This document shows positions 1-8,000 of a stretch of DNA of 64,000 bases, in pieces. The stretch is from Dehalococcoidia bacterium. GTDB lineage: Bacteria > Chloroflexota > Dehalococcoidia > Bin125. The position numbers and the translations under genes are program-made. The notes beneath the pieces were generated by a model that saw only the letters and a program-made list of their open reading frames with translations, had not been told where the DNA came from and did not search any database. Location of the stretch: the NCBI GenBank assembly GCA_963662615.2, contig CAXXSR010000001.1:1901664-1965663 (forward strand), written 5' to 3'. Each line of letters starts with the position of its first letter. Position 1 is the stretch's first letter.

Positions 1-50
1 GCCACCAACGCCGCGATCCATCGCACCCGCTGCGAGCGCACGTGGAAAAG
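1..50. repeat. Partial copy of a dispersed ~50-bp element (second copy at 3592-3641)
   Basis: Bases 1-50 align to 3592-3641 at about 42/50 identities, including the exact 19-mer tcgcacccgctgcgagcgc. Confidence 0.6.
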
Positions 51-62
51 CCGCCCCGATGC

Positions 63-749
63 CTAGGGGTGGATCCCGCCCCCGTCGATGCGGTTGAAGA
101 ACTCCGCCCGCGTTTTCGCGTCGTCCCGAAACGCACCCAACAGGGCGCTGGTTCGCATCCGCGCATTGGCCTTCTTGGCTCCCCGCATCGCCACGCACAT
201 GTGCAGCGCGTCCACCACCACGCCCACGCCCTGCGGCTTGATCAGCTCGTCCAGCAACTTCGCGATCTGATTGGTCATCCGCTCCTGCACCTGCATCCGA
301 CGCGCGAACGCATCCACCACCCGCGGAATCTTTGACAGCCCCACAACCGTCTTGTCGGGCACATAGGCCACGTGCGCCTCGCCAATGATGGGCAGGAGGT
401 GATGCTCGCATAGGCTGTAGAACTCAATCTGGCTCACCACCACCATCTGCTCATACTCTTCCACAAAAAGCGCGTTATTGAGCAGCGCCACGGGATCCAC
501 CGTGTAGCCCGCCAGCAATTCGTCGAACATGCGCGCCACGCGCTCAGGCGTGCCCCGCAAGCCCTCGCGCTCAGGATCTTCGCCCACGCTGTCCAGGATG
601 TGCAGCACCGAATTGGCGACCTCGCGTTTGCAGTCCGCTGCCAGCACCGGTCCATCCGTCAGCCGCGCCGAAAGTTCATCCGAAATGGTGTGCACTGCGA
701 TCCTCCATCTATCAACGCTCAGCTGGACGACCCCCCGCCGTGCGGGCAA
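63..749 (-). CDS. folE: GTP cyclohydrolase I (FolE type 1)
   Basis: The 228-aa ORF carries GLRGTPERVARMF, CEHHLLP, VVGLSKIPR and QVQERMT, typical of GTP cyclohydrolase I. The true start may be an internal GTG near 695. Confidence 0.92.
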   Translation of the reverse strand: MPARRGVVQLSVDRWRIAVHTISDELSARLTDGPVLAADCKREVANSVLHILDSVGEDPEREGLRGTPERVARMFDELLAGYTVDPVALLNNALFVEEYEQMVVVSQIEFYSLCEHHLLPIIGEAHVAYVPDKTVVGLSKIPRVVDAFARRMQVQERMTNQIAKLLDELIKPQGVGVVVDALHMCVAMRGAKKANARMRTSALLGAFRDDAKTRAEFFNRIDGGGIHP

Positions 750-1042
750 TCGCTGGAGACCATGTCCCCCAGCTCCCCGCGCGCGGTTGCAGAGTAGCCA
801 AAAGCACGCCGACGGTGTGAGGCGCGATAGCAGCCTCTAAGCAGCCGGCATTTGGGAACGTGGAGACCGCAGCGAGGCGCCTGCCCGCTGCCTGGGACAC
901 CGCGCCGATGTCGACACCGCCGCCACGACGACACCGTCATCACACAGCGAACCGCGCAACGCCCCGGGCCGGCGATGATCGAAACCACGCAGGCTGCCCT
1001 CGCCCAGGCGATGCCGGGCTCCCCGGCGCCCGGGCGAGCTGC

Positions 1043-2419
1043 TTACTCCAGCAAGCGCACCACCGGGTCACCGCCGGGAATGACGTAGTTCACGAACTCG
1101 ATCGCAATGTTCCCCGAGCCGGAAAGGTCGAACGTATCGACGATGATCTGGACGGGCCCCAAGTTCCCGCTGCCGGACATCGCGAGCTCTGCGCCGGGGA
1201 GGTAGATGACACCGCCCAAGCTGTCGCCGCTGCCCTCCAGCGTCATGCTCTTGTCGCAAGCGATGTCCTGCCAAAAGACAATGTCCGTATAGGGCCCGCT
1301 GGCCGGACCCGTGAAGACATTGTTCCCCGAGCCGCGGAGATCGATCCGTTGGCAGCGCGCCGGGCTCGCCGGATTACCTTGGGGGACGTACGGGTCGTTG
1401 GTGTTGTAGATCATCACCCCGTTCCCGTTGAGGTCGCCCGATCCGCTGTACACGAAACCGCCGCCCGCCATCACGTAGATCCCGGAGGCAAAGACCAGAT
1501 TGCCGCTGGCGGACATCTGGATGCCGCCGTAGTACACGCCGGGCTGGATGACGGTCGGGCCCGAACCGGTGATATGGAGAGTCGCTGGGGACTCGGCGGT
1601 GCCGCCGGAGTCGGGCGAGATGCTGGCCGGCGACGTGCCCGGCGGCGTCAGGCTCGCAAGCGGATCGGGCACGCGCGCGCCGTACGGCTCCGGCCAGGGC
1701 GTGTAGACGCCCGACCCGCTGAGCGTCTCCGTCCCCTCGTAGTAGTAGTGGATCATCGACGCCTGCACGTCGCCGCTGCCCACGCCGTTCAAGGCCCCGT
1801 TCGACGGGTTGTTGCAGGCGGAATTCACCATGATGCCGCCGCCTTGAATGTCCAGAAGGCCGCTGCCGGACTTGTCGTAGGAGCGGCACTCGTCCTCATT
1901 CAACGTCAAGAGCGCGTAGCCGCCGCTCCCCCCTGGAACGCTGCGCGCCACCGCGCGCGCGCTGCGATTCCCAAAGTCGTGAATCACGTACGACGGCGGC
2001 GCCGTCACCGTGACCTCAACGGCCATCGCGTCGCCCTGGTACGGCGTCACCACGGTCACGGGCGCGCCGTCCACACCGTCCCCGAAGCCGTTCCCCTCCG
2101 CATAATCCTGTGCCACCGCCGTCGCCAGCGAAGCGTTCGGGAGGTCCTGGGCCGCAGCGAGAGAGGCTGCATCGGCCGCGTTCTGCAACTCGCGCCGCGT
2201 GCTCAGCGCCATGCCGCCATCAATGACGATGCCCATGAACACAAGGAGGAGGGGAAACAGCAGCGCGACAAGGATGAGAGTCAGGCCCTGCTCATCGCCC
2301 CACAATCGCCCACGCCGGCAGACACGGAGATGCGCGCTCCCCCAGCGGCCTGCGGCCGCCAACGCCCGGCGCCAACGCCCCACTGGACGAGCTGACAATC
2401 GCGGTGGCCGAGCTGTCAT
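1043..2419 (-). CDS. TadE/TadG-like (Flp-pilus assembly type) membrane-anchored protein with GSG-repeat C-terminal region
   Basis: N-terminal GDEQGLTLILVALLFPLLLVFMGIVIDGG...AADAASLAAA resembles the Tad N-terminal anchor domain. The remaining ~330 aa contains at least 10 (S/G)GSG-type repeats suggestive of a beta-solenoid. The start is uncertain; TTG at 2305 is plausible. Confidence 0.7.
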   Translation of the reverse strand: MTARPPRLSARPVGRWRRALAAAGRWGSAHLRVCRRGRLWGDEQGLTLILVALLFPLLLVFMGIVIDGGMALSTRRELQNAADAASLAAAQDLPNASLATAVAQDYAEGNGFGDGVDGAPVTVVTPYQGDAMAVEVTVTAPPSYVIHDFGNRSARAVARSVPGGSGGYALLTLNEDECRSYDKSGSGLLDIQGGGIMVNSACNNPSNGALNGVGSGDVQASMIHYYYEGTETLSGSGVYTPWPEPYGARVPDPLASLTPPGTSPASISPDSGGTAESPATLHITGSGPTVIQPGVYYGGIQMSASGNLVFASGIYVMAGGGFVYSGSGDLNGNGVMIYNTNDPYVPQGNPASPARCQRIDLRGSGNNVFTGPASGPYTDIVFWQDIACDKSMTLEGSGDSLGGVIYLPGAELAMSGSGNLGPVQIIVDTFDLSGSGNIAIEFVNYVIPGGDPVVRLLE

Positions 2420-2533
2420 TCTCGCTCTCGATCGATACGAGGACGCCGGCGCACTGACCCTGGATGGGTCGCGCGCAGGCGCGGGGCCGCGAACCCGCCG
2501 CCCTCCATATCAATGGTCGGCGCCCGGCACGCC

Positions 2534-2581
2534 TCCTTGAGCCAACGCGTCCTTAAGCCAACGCCTCCTTGAACCGACGCC
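2534..2581. repeat. Imperfect 16-bp x3 tandem repeat upstream of the TadG-like gene
   Basis: Units are tccttgagccaacgcg / tccttaagccaacgcc / tccttgaaccgacgcc (13-14 of 16 identical between units). They lie in a ~450-bp stretch without a convincing ORF. Confidence 0.85.
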
Positions 2582-2869
2582 ACCACGCGTTGCTCCACGC
2601 GCAGCGGTCCTACGACTCTCGACACGAGCCAAACGCGAACACCGTCCGCCAAGGGGCCAGGGGCGGCCCGCCACCTCGCCCACGCGGGCAGCCTCCGGCG
2701 CGCCCGGCGAAGGGGTGAGGTCCTTACTTGGTCAGTCTGGAAATGCGCGATTCCCACCGCGATCGCCCGCGGAGTTTTGCCGGACGCGCCCGCACCCGCC
2801 GATGCGCCCGCACCCGCCGAAGCGCCAGCCGCGACCGGCGCCCGGGCGCTGTCCTGGCGGCGGACGGCC

Positions 2870-3088
2870 CTACCGCCGGTGGACGGCCTCCAAAATCGTG
2901 CTCAAGTGTCCAATGGCGCTGCGTTGCAGCAGGCGCACATCCGCCACACTGCGCCCCAGCCGCGTCGCAATCGTCTCGGAGGAGAGCCCCTCAAACATGC
3001 GCAGCTCCACCACCACCCGCTCCCAGCGCGGCAGCGCAGAGAGCCCGCTCCCAAGGTCGGTCTCAGTCCAGGTCGTCACGGTCCCCAT
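2870..3088 (-). pseudogene. Sigma-70 region-4-only fragment (ECF-type sigma remnant or stand-alone HTH)
   Basis: LSALPRWERVVVELRMFEGLSSETIATRLGRSVADVRLLQRSAIGHL is a typical sigma-70 region 4 HTH. No region 2 is encoded upstream in any frame; the upstream DNA is the repeat cluster. Confidence 0.5.
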
Positions 3089-3246
3089 CCCCTCTCCCTG
3101 GCACGTGCGCCTCCCGGCGCGGCTGCCCATCCCGACGGCGCATCGACGCCGCCTCGCTGTGCCCATCCATCTGTAAGACGCAGCCGCGCCCAGATCCTTA
3201 CAATCGCACCGCCACGCCGCCCCACCGCCCTGCACGCCGCCACCCC

Positions 3247-3772
3247 CCGCTCACCCTGAGCTTGTCGAGGGGTCACCCTGAGCCTGTCCTTCCCCCCGCC
3301 GAAGGAGCCCGTCAAGGGCCTCCCCTGAGATTGTCGAAGGGCGAACGGCGGCTCCTAACCGTTCGTCCTGAGCCTGTCGAAGGGGCGAACGGCACTCCCC
3401 CTTTCCAGCGGTTTCCGGTGGAGAGGGGGTTAGGCGTGACGTGCAGAACCCGCTCACCCTGAGCTTGTCGAAGGGTCACCCTGACCTGTCCTTCCCTTTG
3501 CGGAAGGAGCCCGTCAAAGAGCCTGCCCTGAGCTTCCCGAAGGGGCGAAAGCCGCCGACATTGCCGCGAGCATCAACCCTTAGCGCGAGCGGCCGCCAAC
3601 GCCGCGCTCCTTCGCACCCGCTGCGAGCGCGCATGGAAGAACCCGTTCGTCCTGAGCTTGTCGAAGGGGCGAACGGCACTCCCCCCCTCTCCACCAGCTT
3701 GCGGTGGACAGGGGCGACGCGGTGAGGTCATCCCCCCGTTCGTCCTGAGCCTGTCGACGGACGAACACTGGT
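3247..3772. repeat. Cluster of REP-like hairpin repeats (core cctgagcYtgtcgaagg)
   Basis: At least nine copies of the core are present. Some are flanked by inverted arms (3738-3766: gttcgtcc...ggacgaac). Composite units 3247-3347 and 3451-3550 are near-duplicates, and 3361-3403 resembles 3645-3690. Confidence 0.85.
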
Positions 3773-3906
3773 CACCACCGGAACTCCCAGAGTGAGTGGG
3801 GCGGAAAAAACGGCGGGCGGGGGCGGCCCGTGCTGCAGTCGTACTGCAGTGACACGGCTAACCGAGGGGGCTGTTGTTCCGATTGCTCTCTCGCGGATAA
3901 GCGCAA

Positions 3907-4794
3907 CTAGCGCCTGCGTAAATCGTCACGCCAGAACCGCATGCTGATATTCAAGCCAATCGAGTTGTACGCAGACTCCATCAGATTCACTGCCGGCTGG
4001 AACGGCCATCCAAATAACGTAACTTGCTCCCAGGCAGCCCGACTCAACCATGCGACCGAGCTGCCTACCAAGAACTCAATCGCTTCCCGCGTAACGATCT
4101 TCTCGATGAATCGTCCGTCTTTCCCGGTCCGTCTGCTCCCAAGACCCAGATATCCCCACGTCTCACCGTGAGACATCGCCGGGAGAAGCCTGTACGCACC
4201 TCCCGCGTTCAACGCAAGCCTCGCCAACTCAATGCGGGGTGGAGCCTTCTTCAGCGTAAGTCCGCGATGCTCCGCGATCTCCCGGATTTTACGGATACGA
4301 ACCCTTGCATCGTCCTCCGCCCGATCGTCCTTGCTCTCCTTGTAGAATTTCGTTTGCTCCGTGACGTCGTGGTAACGAAAGCTCAGGCCTCTCAGCACCC
4401 GATCATCTACATCGATTGAGCGGTCGAGTAGATAGACCACGCGCGATGCGTTCTCGAGGACCCCTCGAGCGCAACTCCAACTACTCGAGACGAGCGGAGG
4501 TTCCGCCAAACTTCGGTGCAAGCCGAAAATGTGGTCGCCTGCGACCTCTTGAGCTATCGCGGCCTGGCTATATGCAGTTTGTACGGCATCGGCATTGCCG
4601 TACTGCCGGAGCTCGGCCTCAGCCCGCGATCCTGGCTGAGGCTCGTAGCCGCATGTCTTGAGGTACGCTCCTAGCTCTTCTGGATAGCGTTTCAGCACAC
4701 CCAGCAGCGTGTCGAAGTGTTCCTTGTTTATCTGCGAGAAAGGCTGCTGGTCGGCCACGCCACCACCTCTAGAACCGAGAACAGTCGTTCGCAT
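3907..4794 (-). CDS. Hypothetical protein in a lower-GC islet
   Basis: A long ORF in a visibly less GC-rich stretch (about 3780-4930). I recognise no family. ATG at 4794 is preferred over the ORF-track start at 4860. Confidence 0.6.
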   Translation of the reverse strand: MRTTVLGSRGGGVADQQPFSQINKEHFDTLLGVLKRYPEELGAYLKTCGYEPQPGSRAEAELRQYGNADAVQTAYSQAAIAQEVAGDHIFGLHRSLAEPPLVSSSWSCARGVLENASRVVYLLDRSIDVDDRVLRGLSFRYHDVTEQTKFYKESKDDRAEDDARVRIRKIREIAEHRGLTLKKAPPRIELARLALNAGGAYRLLPAMSHGETWGYLGLGSRRTGKDGRFIEKIVTREAIEFLVGSSVAWLSRAAWEQVTLFGWPFQPAVNLMESAYNSIGLNISMRFWRDDLRRR

Positions 4795-4903
4795 GGCAAA
4801 CTGCCACAGCGGGTTTTCGCGCCCCCTTCCCCTCCCTTCCCCCCCTGTAACCCCCAACACACTCTTATGTCGCCTCTACTCTGGACCAAGACCGCGTACA
4901 GCG

Positions 4904-4940
4904 TTTATAACCCGCACTCCGCGTGCTATACTGAACCATG
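4904..4940 (+). promoter_or_regulatory. Putative sigma-70-type promoter giving a leaderless transcript
   Basis: The layout is TTTATA (4904-4909), a 17-bp spacer, then extended -10 TGcTATACT (4924-4932). The ATG at 4938 lies 5 nt after the -10 and no Shine-Dalgarno is present. Confidence 0.4.
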
Positions 4941-5546
4941 ACCACCTCCACCCCTCTCCCCACCGCCCCCACCTCGCCCAACGGACAGACCCCCACCCTC
5001 GCCGCTGGACCCCCGCTTGCGGGCTCGTCGGCACACCCCGCGGTCGCGCCGGGCGGCACACCACCGCCTGTGCGAGATAGCCCCAAGCGCGACAGGTTGA
5101 GTGTCCGCGTCCGCCTCCCCCAAGTCCGCGACCTCGCCGCCCGGGGCCACACCCGCGCCCAGATCGCCCGCACCCTCGGCGTCTCCCCCCGCACCGTCAC
5201 CGCCGACGTCGCCCGCCTCGCCACGCTCCAGGAGCAAGAGTTCGCCCGACGCGTCGGCCGCGACGGCCGCCTCCACGCCCTCGACGTCCACCGCCTCCTC
5301 CAGGCCTCCGCCTGGAAGGCCGTCGACGCCATCCTCGACAACCAGACCGACGCCTACCGCAACCTCGCTCCCCTCCTCCGCACCATCGCCCTCTCCCAGC
5401 ACGCCATGGACGGCCACCACACCGCCCAGCGCGACGACGACAAAAACGCCGCCAGGATGCGCGACTGGCGGCGGACCAAGCGGCAACTCGACCAGGACAC
5501 GCAGCGCCTCACCCGCGCCCTCACCGGCATCGACAAGCGCCTCTGA
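4938..5546 (+). CDS. HTH-domain protein with Pro/Thr-rich N-terminus (possible phage-derived small DNA-binding protein)
   Basis: VRDLAARGHTRAQIARTLGVSPRTVTADVARL is a clear helix-turn-helix, followed by a helical charged region. It is divergent from the islet gene. Confidence 0.6.
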   Translation: MTTSTPLPTAPTSPNGQTPTLAAGPPLAGSSAHPAVAPGGTPPPVRDSPKRDRLSVRVRLPQVRDLAARGHTRAQIARTLGVSPRTVTADVARLATLQEQEFARRVGRDGRLHALDVHRLLQASAWKAVDAILDNQTDAYRNLAPLLRTIALSQHAMDGHHTAQRDDDKNAARMRDWRRTKRQLDQDTQRLTRALTGIDKRL

Positions 5547-5609
5547 CGCCAATGGCGCCCACCGCTCCGACCACGCTCAGTGTCTCGGGATGAACGGAGC
5601 TCGCGCCGC

Positions 5610-6671
5610 CTAGACCGGCACGTCCAGCGCCATGCCCAGAAGCACCGCCGTCACGATCCGGCGCTCCGAGTACAGCCGCTCGGCTCGGTCGAACGAGCCC
5701 TCACACGTGACCAGCGTCAGCATCGACGTCGTCGTCGACTGCAGGAATCGTCCTCCATCGGGATCGTCGTGCGGCACCGACAGCGTCTGCGTCACCAGGT
5801 ACACGTGCGTCACGCCCGCCTCCCGATCGACAACCAGGATCTGATCGCCCAGCGCCACCTCCGGCAGCGCCCACGCCACCCCCAACCCCACGTTGCCATC
5901 CACATCCGTGTAGTCCCGGTGCCCGTCCAGCAGCACGTTGCCCGGCTCGCCCGGCATCGGACCGTCCTGCCACCAGCCAATCACATCCGGATTGTCCGGC
6001 GCGCCGAATGCCCCGTTCGGCAGCACCCCCAACCCAACCACGTCCGCCCGCAGCTTTGCCGCTGGGATGATGACCTCCCACGCCGTCCGATTGTCCACGG
6101 ACGGAAAGATCCCTGAGCCGCGCAGGTTCGACCCAGCCTCGCCGCTCCCGCCGTGGATCAGCGCATCGACGTCGAACTCCGGCAGCGCCACGATCGGAGG
6201 CCGCCAAGGCGTCGCCGCCGACGCCTCCACTCCCGTGGCCGCGTCGGAGCTGCGCTCCTGCGCGACGACGGGCAACGTCGCCGCGGTCGCCTCCCCCTTG
6301 ATCGTCGATGGAGTCGCACCGTCACCAGCACCGTCGCCCGCACCGTCACCGTCGTAAAGAACCATCAGCAGCAGGACCGCCACGATTGCAGCGGCGAGCC
6401 CCCCCACCACGGATGCCGCCACCATCCGGCCTGCCCATTTGGCGGTCGCTGCCGGCAGCCCGCGAGCGCTCTTGTGCGGGCCTCGCGCCGTGCGCAACGT
6501 CTCGACCGCGTCGCTCGGCACGCGATAGATCGGTCCCCACGGCCCCACGTCGCTCTCCGAGCGCAGACGCCCCTCTTCGATCCAACGGGTGACGTCGTCA
6601 CTCGTGACGCCCAGACGGGCAGCCGCCTCTCGAACCGTCAGCTGCTCCGGCGAAGACGTTTCCTCGTGCAT
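5610..6671 (-). CDS. Excisionase/MerR-type HTH - transmembrane - sortase (class F-like) fusion protein
   Basis: The N-terminus LTVREAAARLGVTSDDVTRWIEEGRL is an excisionase-family HTH. A TM helix (VVGGLAAAIVAVLLLMVLY) and a GDGA-repeat linker follow. The C-terminal sortase fold carries catalytic His (LLDGHRD), Cys (LTLVTCEG) and Arg (SERRIVTA). Confidence 0.85.
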   Translation of the reverse strand: MHEETSSPEQLTVREAAARLGVTSDDVTRWIEEGRLRSESDVGPWGPIYRVPSDAVETLRTARGPHKSARGLPAATAKWAGRMVAASVVGGLAAAIVAVLLLMVLYDGDGAGDGAGDGATPSTIKGEATAATLPVVAQERSSDAATGVEASAATPWRPPIVALPEFDVDALIHGGSGEAGSNLRGSGIFPSVDNRTAWEVIIPAAKLRADVVGLGVLPNGAFGAPDNPDVIGWWQDGPMPGEPGNVLLDGHRDYTDVDGNVGLGVAWALPEVALGDQILVVDREAGVTHVYLVTQTLSVPHDDPDGGRFLQSTTTSMLTLVTCEGSFDRAERLYSERRIVTAVLLGMALDVPV

Positions 6672-6780
6672 CGCTTAGGCCTGACTTGCCGCTTCCCTGC
6701 GTCCCAGTCGCTATCCTCGGGCGCGCCCACGCGGTGGCCCGCGGGAGACCTGCTCCCCCTCAACAGTAGACTCGCACGAC

Positions 6781-6834
6781 CCACCGCTCGTTACGGCCAC
6801 CGCTCGTTACGGCCACCGCTCGTTACGGCCACGG
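6781..6834. repeat. Perfect 16-bp tandem repeat x3.4 (ccaccgctcgttacgg) upstream of the HTH-sortase gene
   Basis: Three exact units occupy 6781-6796, 6797-6812 and 6813-6828, plus a partial ccacgg. The array lies 110 nt upstream of the sortase start codon on the minus strand. Confidence 0.95.
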
Positions 6835-6859
6835 CCCGGAAGCGGACACGCCGGCTCCC

Positions 6860-7816
6860 TCAGCCCGCGTCCCCATTCGCTCGAAGCCACTCCAGAAGGC
6901 GTCGAACGCTTGCCGTCGCGACGGCCACGTAGGTGTCCGCGGCCCCATAGTAAAGACGCAACGTGTCGCCATCCGGCCCCACGGTCGCGCCGCATGCGAA
7001 GACCACGTTCCCCACGTCGCCCATTCGCTCATACGACGCCTCCGGAGCAAAGATCCATTCTCGCCCACGTCGCAGGCAGCGGTCGGGCTGCTCCAAATCC
7101 AAGAGCGCGAGCCCCAACCGGTACTGCGGCCCCCCAGCCACCATCCGCACTCCGTGATAGATCAGAAGCCAGCCCTCGGGCGTTTCCAGCGGCGGCGGGC
7201 CAATGCCGATCTTCGTGGAATCCCACCACGGTCCCCTGCGCCGCGACATCACCTGGCGATGGCCACCCCAATCCTCCAGGTCAACGGAGGACGCGATCCA
7301 AACGTTACCCTCGTCACCGGGCATAGCCCGATGAAGGAGTGCCCAGCGGTCGCCGAAGCGTCTCGGGAGCAAGGCGCCGTTCTTGTTGGGCGGCGCCAGC
7401 AAGCCGCCCCGACGCTCGAAATGGCGAAAGTCCTCCGTCAGCGCCAGCGCCAGCGTCGGCCCCGCGGCGGAATAGGCCGTATACAGCACGGCGAACCGGC
7501 CCAGTTCAGGAACGTAGACGACCCGCGGATCTTCCAGGCCGAACTCCTCCTCCCTGCGCTCCGGATCCGGCGCCAGCGTGGGCGCGGGATCGATCTCCCA
7601 GCCGTCAATGCCGTTCGCGGAGCGGGCCACGGTGAGATGCGAGACCCCGCGTCGGTCCTCTACACGGCAAAGGAGGCACGTCGTGCCGTCCGGCAGCGTC
7701 GCCGCCGCCGGATTGAAGACCGCCGCGACGGGGTACGGCCAATCCGCCGGGCTCAGGATGGGATTGTCAGGATGCCGCTCGAACAGCTCGCACCGCTCCA
7801 GCAGTTCCGCCATCAC
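6860..7816 (-). CDS. Glycoside hydrolase family 130 protein (mannoside phosphorylase/hydrolase family)
   Basis: NPILSP...AVFNPAA...LLCRVEDRRG..., EDPRVVY, YTAYS and WLLIYHGV match GH130 five-bladed propeller enzymes. Confidence 0.88.
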   Translation of the reverse strand: MMAELLERCELFERHPDNPILSPADWPYPVAAVFNPAAATLPDGTTCLLCRVEDRRGVSHLTVARSANGIDGWEIDPAPTLAPDPERREEEFGLEDPRVVYVPELGRFAVLYTAYSAAGPTLALALTEDFRHFERRGGLLAPPNKNGALLPRRFGDRWALLHRAMPGDEGNVWIASSVDLEDWGGHRQVMSRRRGPWWDSTKIGIGPPPLETPEGWLLIYHGVRMVAGGPQYRLGLALLDLEQPDRCLRRGREWIFAPEASYERMGDVGNVVFACGATVGPDGDTLRLYYGAADTYVAVATASVRRLLEWLRANGDAG

Positions 7817-8000
7817 CGCGCCTCCTCATCTCGATCCTTACGAACGGAGCGCCGCTCACCTCAACACCACCCGCCATCGATCGCCACGCCCCAATCATCA
7901 TCGCCCGTAGCGCTCGACCGCTCGCGGACGGATCCGCGGCGTTCATCTGCCGCGCCGCTCGCAATGATCGAGGTGTCGCACGTCGGACGGTCCAGCAGTA

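Noticed and set aside
860-2395. Long ORFs antisense to well-supported genes. Examples: 860-2395(+), 4926-5552(-), 32361-33401(+), 41431-42708(+), 47865-48965(-), 49431-50906(-), 52757-54364(-), 54725-56065(+), 61764-62789(+).
   Set aside because: All are Arg/Ala/Gly/His-rich with no recognisable motifs. Each lies opposite a gene with clear family signatures. Such shadow ORFs are expected in GC-rich DNA because stop codons are rare.
2416-2757. The 113-aa ORF between the TadG-like gene and the sigma remnant, considered as a possible TadE-like or anti-sigma gene.
   Set aside because: It has no TM segment, TadE motif or zf-HC2 motif. It is Arg-rich and spans a 16-bp (non-triplet) tandem repeat. 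It was treated as non-coding.
3247-3772. The repeat cluster as a possible CRISPR array.
   Set aside because: The repeats are short hairpin modules with irregular spacing and variable composite structure. The spacers are themselves repeated, and no cas genes are nearby. The cluster fits REP-like elements, not CRISPR.
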